In this document: piece after piece, positions 53,401 through 64,000 of the stretch | Position numbering within the stretch: the first letter of the stretch is position 1 | How the letters are laid out: every line of letters starts with the position of its first letter | Assembly: GCA_002189035.1 (NCBI GenBank) | Contig: NEEC01000008.1 | Coordinates: forward strand, 1,860,001-1,924,000 | Origin: Utricularia gibba | Lineage: Eukaryota > Plantae > Magnoliophyta | DNA length: 64,000 nt | Reading direction: 5' to 3' | The notes under the pieces: model-generated | What the model was told of the DNA's origin: nothing | Seen by the model: only the letters and a program-made list of their open reading frames with translations | Database searches by the model: none | Made by a program: the position numbers and the translations under genes

Positions 53401-55288
53401 TTGATTGTGATCATTACTTCAACAACAGCAAGGCTCTGAAAGAGGCAATGTGTTATATGATGGATCCCGTTCTGGGGAAGAAGACTTGCTATGTGCAATT
53501 CCCACAACGTTTTGACGGCATTGATTCGCATGACAGATATGCTAACCGCAACATCGTGTTTTTTGATGTATTTGACTTGACCTTTTACTTCATATTCTCC
53601 CTGATACATGGAATTAAGTGAATCTCTGTATGGGTACTGCAGATCAACCTGAAGGGATTGGATGGCCTTCAGGGTCCTGTTTATGTGGGAACGGGTTGTT
53701 GCTTTAACAGGCAAGCACTCTATGGATATGATCCTGTTCTAACAGAGGAGGATTTGCAGCCAAACATCATTGTTAAAAGCTGTTGTGGCCCTCGAAAGAA
53801 GGGGAAAAGTTTCAACAAGGACAATGAAGAAAAGCAAGCAGTCAAAAGAACTGAGTCCACTGTTCCAATCTTCAGCATGGAAGATGTAGAAGAGGGTGTA
53901 GAAGGTTGGTTCTTAGTTTAAAAAAATATATATAGTCATGAGTTTCTTTTCAGCAAGCATTATTTAAACTGAAAGTGATGGTGGCAGGATATGATGATCA
54001 GAGATTAAATCTTGACATTGAAAGGTTGGAGAAGCGTTTTGGCCAGTCTCCAGCATTCATTGCTGCAACATTCATGGAAAATGGAGGCATACCACCTAGA
54101 ACCGATCCCGCTAGCCTTTTGAGAGAAGCCATCCATGTTATAAGTTGCGGATATGAAGACAAGTCCGAATGGGGCAAAGAGGTAGCGTTTCACCACCTTG
54201 CATCAGTGATAATAAATAGAATGCTTCATGTCCTAGTAATGACGCAAATCTTTCACCATTTGCAGATTGGATGGATCTATGGTTCAGTCACAGAGGATAT
54301 TTTAACAGGGTTCAAAATGCATGCACGCGGTTGGATCTCAATCTACTGCATGCCACTTCGCCCAGCTTTTAAGGGGTCTGCCCCTATAAATCTTTCTGAT
54401 CGGTTGAACCAGGTACTCCGATGGGCTTTGGGATCCATCGAGATCCTCCTCAGCAGGCATTGTCCTATATGGTATGGCTACAGCGGGAGACTGCAGCTTT
54501 TGGAGAGACTCGCGTATATCAATACAATCGTTTATCCACTCACCTCTATCCCATTGCTTGCTTACTGCATTCTTCCTGCAATCTGTCTTCTGACAAACAA
54601 ATTTATCATACCAGAGGTCAGTGAAAAGTTCCATAACAATGTTGGAGAACAGTTTAACATTCTATTACAGGCCTGATGTTTCTGTTTCCTCCTCCTGCAG
54701 ATAAGCAATTTTGCTAGTATGTGGTTCATCCTCCTCTTCATCTCCATTTTTGCTACTGGTATTTTGGAAATGAGATGGAGTGGAGTCACTCTTGAGGACT
54801 GGTGGAGGAACGAGCAATTCTGGGTCATCGGAGGAACATCCGCCCACCTATTTGCCGTCTTCCAAGGTCTACTGAAGGTGCTAGCAGGCATCGATACTAA
54901 CTTCACTGTTACTTCAAAGGCATCTGACGACGACGGAGAGTTCGCAGAGCTCTACGTTTTCAAATGGACGTCGCTCCTCATACCTCCGACCACCGTCATA
55001 ATTCTCAACATGATCGGAATCGTAGCCGGCGTCTCATACGCCATCAACAGTGGGTATCAGTCATGGGGGCCTCTGTTCGGCAAACTCTTCTTCTCCCTTT
55101 GGGTCATTCTTCACCTCTATCCCTTCCTGAAGGGCGTGCTCGGTCGGCAAAACCGGACGCCGACGATCGTCATCGTGTGGTCCATTCTTCTTGCCTCAAT
55201 CTTCTCCCTGCTTTGGGTGCGCATCGATCCCTTCGCCCCGAATGCCACACGGCGAGCAGCACGAGGCCAATGCGGCATCAACTGCTAG
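50456..55288 (+). CDS. CESA1: Cellulose synthase catalytic subunit, CESA1/10 clade; the conserved start position is CTG (50456) and the first in-frame ATG is at 50474
   Basis: Zn finger [34 protein letters not shown]; [25 protein letters not shown]; [24 protein letters not shown]; C-terminus ARGQCGINC*. Confidence 0.97.
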
Positions 55289-55876
55289 AAGGTACGCCTC
55301 CCGGCTGCCATAGCCATCCATGGCTCACTTACCTTTGTATATCGGAAACGCAGTGCCTGGCGCCTGCATTATTTAACCCTCCAAGTTGCAGTAAAAAAAG
55401 AGTAACCAGGAGTAACTTCTCCATGCTGATTATGTCATGTTTTCAGTCACTAAACTCTTCCTTTACTATTACATACACACCATCCCTTTGAGCCAAAAAG
55501 ATGAGAAAATAGGGGGTGTTTTACATTTTCTTTTTTTTTTATGAACTCTTAAAGCATCTCTAATGGTTTTCATTGAAGTATACGTGATACTTTCATTTCA
55601 TTTATTAGATTTTTAAAAATCATTATGTATGTATTGTTTTATTTCCAGATTTTCATTGAATTGAATTTCATTTCTATTATAAAAAATCATTAAAATAGAC
55701 ATAAAAAAGATAATACCTCAGATTTTTGGAAATGATTTGTGATGGAAATTTAGTAATTACACTTTTGAAAATATAGTAAAATTGATGTGACATTTCAAAT
55801 TTTTGGAAATCATTGGAGATACTTTTACTACTCTAAAGCCTTTTATATGGATTTGAATTTTGAGGTTATCTTCGAT

Positions 55877-56262
55877 TAAAGGTGGTCACGAGTCCAACTT
55901 GGTGGGTTATGGGTTGAATATATCGAATTAATATAAAAAATTCTTATTCGATATATATGGGTTGAAAGGTTGATATGTTAAATCTGTTTTAGGTCATGAT
56001 AACTTGAATTATTATACAATTTATATATACTAATATGAATTGAGTTTAATTTACAAATCCTAAGATCAATTGATTGAATTACTCAATTTATTTGATAAAA
56101 AACATTTTTTATTATTAAACTATGTTTCAGATCCAATCTATTTAATACATCGAGTTCATCAATACCTGTATATTATGAACCTGTCTTGTACTTGTTTTTT
56201 TATGATTATAGATAACGAATTTAATATATATCTGAGTTGGCCCGTATCCGTGATCACTTCTA
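55877..56262. mobile_element. Degenerate MITE-like element
   Basis: Imperfect terminal inverted repeats TAAAGGTGGTCACG (55877) and CGTGATCACTTCTA (56249-56262), 11/14 matching. There are subterminal CCAACT/AGTTGG motifs, an AT-rich interior and TA at both ends. Confidence 0.4.
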
Positions 56263-56761
56263 CCTTTGGTTAATGAATTCATTGGGCCCACTCTGGTCCC
56301 ATCGGGAATTAATTGGATACGCGATAGGCCCAACTAAAAGGCCCATGTCGTTGGTCATAGGGTCACCAACTGGAAACAAATGGGCCCTCGACAGTGAACA
56401 CTTCCCTCTGGCTTGAACAACTGGAGTCAAATTAATGTTATTGTGACGTCATCAAACCTTAAAAAATTAATTAATGATGATGATAAAATGCCAACGCATA
56501 ACAGCTCACACTGAAAAGTTGGATATTTGATGTTTTTCAAGAGGGTGGGCCTCAGGTTCATGAATCCAAACTCCTTCAGCGGCATTTAAAAACTATTATC
56601 TTCTGTTGATAGGGGAAAAAAAAAGAAGAAAACTAAAAAAAAAACAAATATATCAATCACCATCAGGAGCTTAACTCAACCCTCTCATTCTGCTGATAAT
56701 CCCAACCCCATATTGATGAAAAATGATCATTTTTCATTTGATGTGTGTGAGAAATGAGCAT

Positions 56762-56878
56762 TTTTAATATAAAGATTTGATATTTGGATGTGATGAATGA
56801 TCATTTTAATATAAAGATTTGATATTTGGATGTGATGAATGATCATTTTAATATAAAGATTTGATCTTTGGATGTGAT
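56762..56878. repeat. 42-bp tandem repeat, about 2.8 copies
   Basis: Unit TTTTAATATAAAGATTTGATATTTGGATGTGATGAATGATCA at 56762 and 56804, and a partial copy at 56846. Confidence 0.9.
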
Positions 56879-57409
56879 ATTCTTCAAAATGATGAGTTGG
56901 GGAGAAACCAGAGACGGTTACCACATGGGTTATGAGGGGTGATGCCCATAGAAAAAGAGGAGGATATGATGAAGGTGGTACTGCTCTGTTGTGGGACTGC
57001 AAAGTGCAAATACATTGAACTTGACCCATGGGGAGGATTCACTGCACGTGGCTGTTTTCCGGGGTTTTCTATGGTTTCTTGTGTTCAACAGACGTGGCCG
57101 CTTTGCTATCTCGGAGAGAAGGAAATGGTACGCCATATTTGGTCTTGGGAGACCCCAACGGCAACCTCTACTTAATTCTAATAAATCATAATCACTTCTC
57201 TTGTTTATATTCGTGGCACCTTTCTTCCTTTTTTCCGGCCTCCCAAACCGTCTCCGGGGATTGGTTTTTCGGCTGATGCACTCCGTGCTGCCTTTAGCCG
57301 TGGTGGTTATCGTCTTCTTGTGTTTAGCGGCTTGCTTTTCTTATTCCAGAGGGTGTTTTGGAGTTCCACGATCTGGGTTTTGTTTCCCTGGGGTTTTTGC
57401 GCTGCACCC

Positions 57410-59533
57410 ATGTCTGAAATTGTTCGTCTCAGTGGTGAGTTTTAGAGCTTTGATTTCTTGTGGGCTGTTGGGGAATTTTATGGGTTTTCTCAAAGTTGAT
57501 TCCTTTGGTTAATCGCCTCTTTTATCGGCTTCATCTTCCCTTACTCTGCAATTTTGTCTGTGTTCCGTGACCTAAATCCAATTTTGTATGTTTATATGGC
57601 ATTTTCGATTGCTCAAGGCATATTTTTCTGTGCTCAGGAAACGATTTGGATGTCTACTTTTTTCCACCAAAACGGTGCCGCATCAGTGCCCCTTCGTTGT
57701 CACTGGAACGCCCAAGCTTCAGCCATCTATCGATATTCTTCCTGATGAGTGTCTGTACGAAATTTTCAGGCGTCTTCCTAGCAGTAATGAGAGAAGTGCT
57801 TGCGCGTGTGTTTCAAAGCATTGGCTTATGCTTTTGAGCACCATTGGTAGAGATGAAATATGTGCACCCAAAGATGCAGAGCCTGAGATGGAGTCTAAAT
57901 CTGTTGAGGCAGCTGAAGCTGCTAAGCTCGGAGACAAGGATGTAACTCGTGTCAACTCTGAAGAACAGGAATTCGAGGACCGCCACACAGATGGTTATCT
58001 CTCTAGATCGTTGGAAGGTAAGAAGGCCACCGATTTGAGACTTGCATCGATTGCTGTGGGAACGGCTGCTCGCGGAGGGCTGGGCAAGCTTTCCATCAGA
58101 GGAAGTAAGACCACTTATCGGCTAACAAACCGTGGTCTTAAAGCTGTCGCCCGTGGCTGCCCATCCTTGAAAGTTCTTTCCCTATGGAACCTGCATTCAA
58201 TTGGTGATGAAGGATTATGCGAAATTGCTCATGGGTGTCACTTGCTTGAGAAGCTTGACCTCTCAAATTGCCCAGGAATCACAGACAGAGGCTTGGTTGA
58301 AGTAGCTATGAATTGCCTCAATCTAAAGTCAGTTACTCTAGAGTCTTGTGCAGGTGTTGGCAATGAGAGTTTGAAAGCCTTGAGCAGCTACTGTCCCAAC
58401 TTGAAGACCGTCTCTATAAGAAGCTGCCCTCTTGTCAGTGATCAAGGAATCGGAAGCTTGTTTTCATCAGCTGGGCACATCCTGGAAAAAGCAAGATTTG
58501 AGGCACTCAACATCAGCGACGTCTCTCTTGCCGTTATTGGACATTATGGCACTGCATTGCTAGATCTTGCGCTTGCTGACCTTCAGAATGTGAAGGAAAG
58601 GGGATTCTGGGTGATGGAAAGGCTCAAGGGTTGCGCCGGTTGAAATCCCTGTCGATCACATCTTGTCCTGGTGTTTCTGATTTAGGACTTCAAGTTGTTG
58701 CTGAAGGTTGCCCAGATCTGAAACTGTTCTCTCTTGGTAAATGCCCATCTGCATCTGACCGTGGGTTGATCACTTTCACCATTGTAGCTAGATCACTCGA
58801 AACTCTTAAACTAAACTCGTGCAATGGGATCACACAGTCTGGTGTTTTCGGTCTCCTTGCAAACTGTGGTCACAGACTTAGCAGCCTCTCATTGGAAAAC
58901 TGCTTGGGGATGAAAGATTTGGTTTTTGCATCTCCTCTAACATCATGCTGCGGTACCTTCAATCTCCGGTCACTGGCCATTGTTAACTGTCCTGGATTTG
59001 GTGATATTGGCTTAAGCATGTTTGCGGGGATCTGCTCTAAACTCACTCATCTGAATCTGAGCGGCCTTCCCGAGATAACTGATCTCAGCGTCATCCCTCT
59101 GGTTCAAAGCTCAGATGTTGGTTTAGTGAAGGTGAACCTCAGTGGATGCTGCAACTTGACGGACAATGTCATCATCTCCATCGCAGACCTCCACGGGGAA
59201 ACTCTTGAGGTTCTAGACCTTGATGGTTGCCAGGGCATCACCGATACGAGTCTCACAGCGATCGCTGCAAACTGCTCGACGGCAACCGAGCTCAATGTTT
59301 CCCTCACCGGAATAACTGACTCCGGGATCGCATCTTTGGCTGCTGCCCCGCAGCTTAACCTGCAGGTATTGTCCCTTCAAGGCTGCCCACACGTGACGGA
59401 CAAAAGCTTGCCATTCCTGGCTACACTCGGGAAGTCCCTCCTGGGATTGAACATCCAGCACTGCAAGGGAATCACCTCAGGTTCCATCGATACTCTCCTC
59501 GACGACCTTTGGAGGTGCGACATACTTTTCTGA
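57410..59533 (+). CDS. EBF1: EIN3-binding F-box/LRR protein; exon 1 57410-57434, exon 2 from 57638; two apparent 1-nt deletions
   Basis: MSEIVRLSG / NDLDVYFFPPKRCRISA(P)FVV; F-box SIDILPDECLYEIFRRL..ERSACACVSKHWLMLLS; GYLSRSLEGKKATDLRLASIAVGTAARGGLGKLSIRG; LRRs; ends LWRCDILF*. It could be EBF1 or EBF2. Confidence 0.95.
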
Positions 59534-60060
59534 TACACCAGAAACACATATCAGATCACTCCCTCGTGTCAGTTGGTGTCCTATTTACTACGTAAGTCTG
59601 GTCCGCCGGATTCCTTCCGCCTTTTTTCAAATGGCAGGGGCAAGTTTTTTTGTGGCTCTCTTCTCTTTCCAGAACGAAAGCCATTCTTCTCCAGCTTGCC
59701 CCCGCCCTCTTTGTTGGGAAACCTCTGCAACAGAATCCGGATCTCTGATGCTTGAATTGTGTCCCTAGTAGTACCCAGAGTGGCTTTTGTTCCGTGTACT
59801 CCCGTCGTCCCTGGCGCTTCAATTCAGGGTTGCTTGTTTTTAGGAGCTTCGCGTTTGTTTACGTGCTTCTTGGGCTGGCCATGGCGACCAAGCTGTTGCT
59901 GGTCTGCCTTGACGACAAGTTGGTCGTTTTTTTACAGCCCTTGTTTTTGCACGTTGCCTTGCTGCGAATCCTGTCTGCTTCTTGCAACCTTGGGAAGCCC
60001 AAAGTGTGTGTCTCTGTGTTCTTGCTTGTCATGAATAAGAGAAAGCCATGCTGTTAACTG
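59534..60060 (+). promoter_or_regulatory. Long EBF 3' UTR with several short poly-U tracts (candidate EIN2-responsive elements)
   Basis: T5-T7 runs at 59622, 59645, 59837, 59927 and 59944 in otherwise GC-richer sequence. The function is inferred from the known EIN2-EBF 3'UTR mechanism. Confidence 0.5.
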
Positions 60061-60081
60061 TAGCATCTATCTCTTCTCTGT

Positions 60082-60106
60082 GAAGAAGAAGAAGAAGAAG
60101 AAGAAG
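60082..60106 (+). repeat. (GAA)8 microsatellite
   Basis: Read directly from the sequence. Confidence 0.9.
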
Positions 60107-60394
60107 CCATTGAATGGTCGAGTACGTGTTGACATTATGCGTCAAGTTGTACCTTCCGCAGTCAACGCTGTACGCGCGCATTTTGAGAGATTTTTTCCGT
60201 AATAAATGGTTTCAATGAAATAAAATAATTTCGAATTTTGAAATATTAAAATAATAAATGAGGGCGAGCCCAACTGAGGGCCCACGTTGTTTATTGGCCC
60301 AATATCTTTGTTATTTGCATTTATTTATTTATATGCTCCGGTCTGTTTCTCGGTCTCCTTTGGAATTGGGTTCCTGAATCAGGGCTTGCGAACA

Positions 60395-61452
60395 ATGACG
60401 ATACATGGTGAAGGGGGCGGGGGCGTGGGGGTGGCGCAATTGCCGACGAGCTTTGGGCACGAGCTTAGAGCTTGTCTCCGGTGCCGCCTCGTCAAGACTT
60501 ACGATCAGGTTTGTTGTATAATTTTTTGGAGCCGTGTTTTGTGTTCTTTTGCTTGACATCTGTCTGATGCCGATGGACTTTACGGAATGTAGTTCCGGGA
60601 GTCTGGGTGCGAGAATTGTCCTTTCTTTCAGATGGATGAAGATCACGAACGTGTTAATGATTGCACGACGCCTAATTTCTCCGGGTTCGCGTTTGCTTGA
60701 GTTTTGTTTTATATCTCACTGAGAAATTCGTGGCTTGATTCTTCGCGCTGTTTTCAACACGATTCCTTTTAATCAACAGTTTGATAACTGTCATGGATCC
60801 ATCAAGGAGTTGGGCTGCACGATGGCTTCGTATTGGTATGTGGCTTCATCCTTCCATGTTTTCCTGTTAAGAACGATTCATTATGAGCATTGTGGGGTTA
60901 ATAACATTAGCACAAAGAAGCGCCCTTCTACGAAACTATGCATGCGTTCTGCAATGTTTCAGAATTGTCGATGTGTATATTTACTGGAAGCTATTTTCTT
61001 CCCTTCACGAGTTCTAATATAAGCTTGTCAAACCAAGTTCTTTCCTGTTGAAGTGTAAAAGAAATTTGCACGGAATCGTGCATTCACCGCTCTCTCTTCT
61101 CTGAATTGATTATGGGATCTTTTCCAGGGAAGTTTGTTCGTGGTTGCTATACCCTTTCGGTCTCTGAAGTACTCAGTCAGGATATGCAGGTAAATTATTT
61201 GTCCAAGGCTATGTAACCTGGTTACACATCTCTCCTTTGGAAAAGAAGGCCCCGGGGGTTTTGTAGGTTTAAATTCTACTAGGACATGGCCCTCATGTCA
61301 TGCCAACCAGTCTTGAATAACTGGATCAGCGTGCTAGTATCCATAACTTGCCTCAGTTTTTGTTTATGTGCGTTTGACTCCTCTCGTGTAAACTCTTGCA
61401 GCATCTGTGTGAAGAGGAGCACGCGCCGTATATTCCACCAAAACGCGTGTGA
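60395..61452 (+). CDS. SPT4: Transcription elongation factor SPT4 (DSIF), 5 exons
   Basis: AQLPTSFGHELRACLRCRLVKTYDQ / FRESGCENCPFFQMDEDHERVNDCTTPNFSG / LITVMDPSRSWAARWLRIG / KFVRGCYTLSVSEVLSQDMQ / HLCEEEHAPYIPPKRV*. Confidence 0.96.
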
Positions 61453-62386
61453 ATACTCCGATTTCCCTTCCTGAGAAGAGTAAAAGCAACGTCTGCTTAC
61501 CTGTTCAGGCATTGTATGTGACAGATGATAGGAGAAACACTGTTTTAAGTTCGGCACTGTTTTAGGACGTTGCAGAATTTGGAATCTGTCTGGATTGTGT
61601 CGTAGTTGACACACACCCACCCATTCTTTCTTCTTAGTCTTGAACCCCGCCCCGCCCGTATCGAGGTTTCCTTTGCTGGGGCCGAAACTGTTCCTTGTCG
61701 CAGCCATAACCCACGCGTTTCCAACAGCTACTAACTGCACTTGATTTTGTTGCGGATACCCCAAAAGGAAAGGGCACGAATTTTTCTTGTCGCTCGAACC
61801 TGAATCCTGAAAGAGAGATCCAAGCTGGCCGGATTGAAGGTTGAACCCGGCGCCGCACTCTTCGCAGCGTCGCACATTTCCGATCTCCTTCGTTGGGATT
61901 AGCACAGAAAAGTCTACGAGCAAGTCTTCTCGGACCAGAAGAACTAAGATAATGTATGCAGCCCAGCAAATTCTGGGCGTCGGGTTAATTCCGGCACTTG
62001 AAAAATGGAACACTTCCAAGGAAGAAAAAACAAGTTTTGGAATCTCAATTTACCAAAGTACAGACCAAATTGATACTAATGAGTAAAAATAACTGATTTA
62101 CCACCAAGGGGAAAAAAACAACATCAGCCAAGATTTATTGTGACAGACAGACACAGACACGTAGCGAGAAGGCGAATGACTGACTACAAATCGAGTGCGG
62201 CAGACGAAGCAGAAGACCTGGTTCGGGTCTACCGCACATAAATCTCTCTTTCTGTACAACAGAATGGACACATACGACACTGCTCTGCGCTTTCACCGGA
62301 CACGGGACCATGAAGAACTTATACACGAGCTGGGGTGGGAAGAATGTTGTTCTACGTTAGAGCATCGCCTATCTGTACACGCACCT

Positions 62387-64000
62387 CTAAGCAGTATTCT
62401 GAAGCATCATCCTCTTCTCAAGTGAGGCAAGAATCTTCTGACCAATCACGTGGCCCTGCAACACTCCCATGTTTCCTCTGATCAGTCGAACCAGGACGTT
62501 GCGGATGTGGCCCTGGACGAAACAAGTAGATTCAAGTTTTCAGTTTGCGGCTAGAGATCAAGGGAGGTTTTGTTTGTCTGACCTGTGACACAGAGAGTGC
62601 TGTCTGGATGACATAATTTCCGAAGCGGTCGGTCAGAAGGGACGAGGCGCCTGGGTTCGAAAGTAGCTCTCTGATGATTTCGGTGCGACACACTTCGCCT
62701 GACTCCTTGAGGAACTTCTCCACTACATTACTGGCAAACTTATTGCAGGAGAGGAGCATGAAACGCCCTCTAAGTCGTGACACGAGTTCTGCTGTCACAT
62801 CCGCCATTCTCATCTCGATCAGTCGTTGCACCACATAGTTACTGACAAGGGATTAAACAAAAGAGTGAAGCAAGATTCTGTGAAAAACTAATGGTGGCGC
62901 GCATTAGGGAAGAATCACTACCCATATGGATCTTCAGCCAGGTGCAATGCATTAGCAATGATCTCGCCTATCAGCTCCTCTCTTGCTCTTCCTTCGGTGT
63001 TTTCGAGGCAGCATTGAATCACGCAGCAACCACTTTGGCTGGTGGAAATTTCAAAGCAGTTGGCCGTTATCTTCCTGATCAGATCCTATCCATCAGACAG
63101 ATGACTGAGCTTGAAGGTTAAATGGTAGAGAGAAAAATCAATGAAAAAGAAATAAAGGCTTCCAAGCACAGAGGTTTCAGATTCATCAGAGCACATGCAT
63201 TTTCTATTGCACTATAAGAGGCTAAACCAAAGAGCATCTAGTCAACTAGTCCACGTTGAATATCCTTCTTTCAACCTACACAAAATTCACAAGATGCCGA
63301 GTTAACAGAGTTCACATAAAATCCAATCACCATAATCTATAGCCGAGAACCATTCTTAACAAAACATAAAGTTACAAGGAAGTTTGTGAGCAAAATTTAT
63401 ACCAATATTACCAACTATATGAATCAAAGCCAGCTCTTCAAATTAGAATAATCATCTTTCTTACTTGCTTGAACAATATGATTCACTGAAAAATAGAAAC
63501 CATTCAGAGAAAACGACATTCAACTGAATGAGGGACACATTTCAATACAGCTTGTGACAGATGTACAGTAGGCAGCGCCCGAGGTTAATTCAACAACCAA
63601 CAGATGGGGAATGTCAGTTCCACTAAGAACTAATCAGCCACTTGTTTAGTGTGGCAGCATTACGTTAAACAACCAGAATAAGCATAGAAGAGGAAGTTGA
63701 TGGCGTATCACATTGTAGTGGCAAATAGTGAAAGTACACGCTTTATATACCTTAATATATTCCGCAGGAAGATTTTTGACACACCACTGTATAACATGAT
63801 GCCCCTTTATATCCTTGGCCAAAAAAGTCGCATCCCGTATCAGGGCATAAACAATCAAAGATAGCTGTTGAGGTGCAACAATCATGTCAAATAGATTCTG
63901 CAATGCTCTAGACCTGGTCATGCCCATAATATAAGATGAAAGTCATCATGTATTCTGGGTGTTTTACCAGTAAATATATGCCAAACATGAAACCTTTCAT
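62387..64000 (-). CDS. Pumilio/PUF RNA-binding protein (APUM7-12-like), 3' part; gene continues past the window
   Basis: PUF repeats LAKDIKGHHVIQWC; STSQSGCCVIQCC; LAEDPYGNYVVQRL; LSCNKFASNVVEKFL; LLTDRFGNYVIQTAL; final exon GHIRNVLVRLIRGNMGVLQGHVIGQKILASLEKRMMLQNTA*. Confidence 0.9.

Noticed and set aside
56727-57029. ORF with a repeated IQISNLYIKMIIHH unit
   Set aside because: It is simply the translation of the 42-bp tandem repeat.

Overview
Plant (eudicot) nuclear DNA from a very compact genome: about 19 intron-containing loci in 64 kb, with many introns only ~70-100 nt and no intact transposon. Gene order (strand): Ran GTPase (+, 5' truncated), plastid YbaB/EbfC STIC2-like (-), C1D/Rrp47 (-), LEUNIG (+), CCT7 (-), TM-RING-H2 ligase (+), activator-type MYB3R (+), CDKA PSTAIRE (-), alpha-Aurora kinase (-), KH-domain protein (-), CBL10 (+), glycine decarboxylase P (-), decayed DIM1/YLS8 (-), PMIR (+), MSL10-like (+), CESA1-like (+), EBF1/2 (+), SPT4 (+), Pumilio (-, 5' truncated). 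I see no clearly novel system. The most interesting observations are: (1) an adjacent MYB3R-CDKA-Aurora triad, with MSA/CHR-like motifs upstream of MYB3R and Aurora; (2) a CESA whose conserved start codon is CTG in strong context; (3) a DIM1/YLS8 pseudogene that the ORF track misses; (4) four GC-AG introns in LUG and CBL10; (5) two unexplained GC-rich islands. Six single-base frameshifts in LUG, KH, MSL10 and EBF all fit shortened homopolymers and are probably assembly errors. All protein identifications come from manual translation and remembered family motifs; no database search was run.
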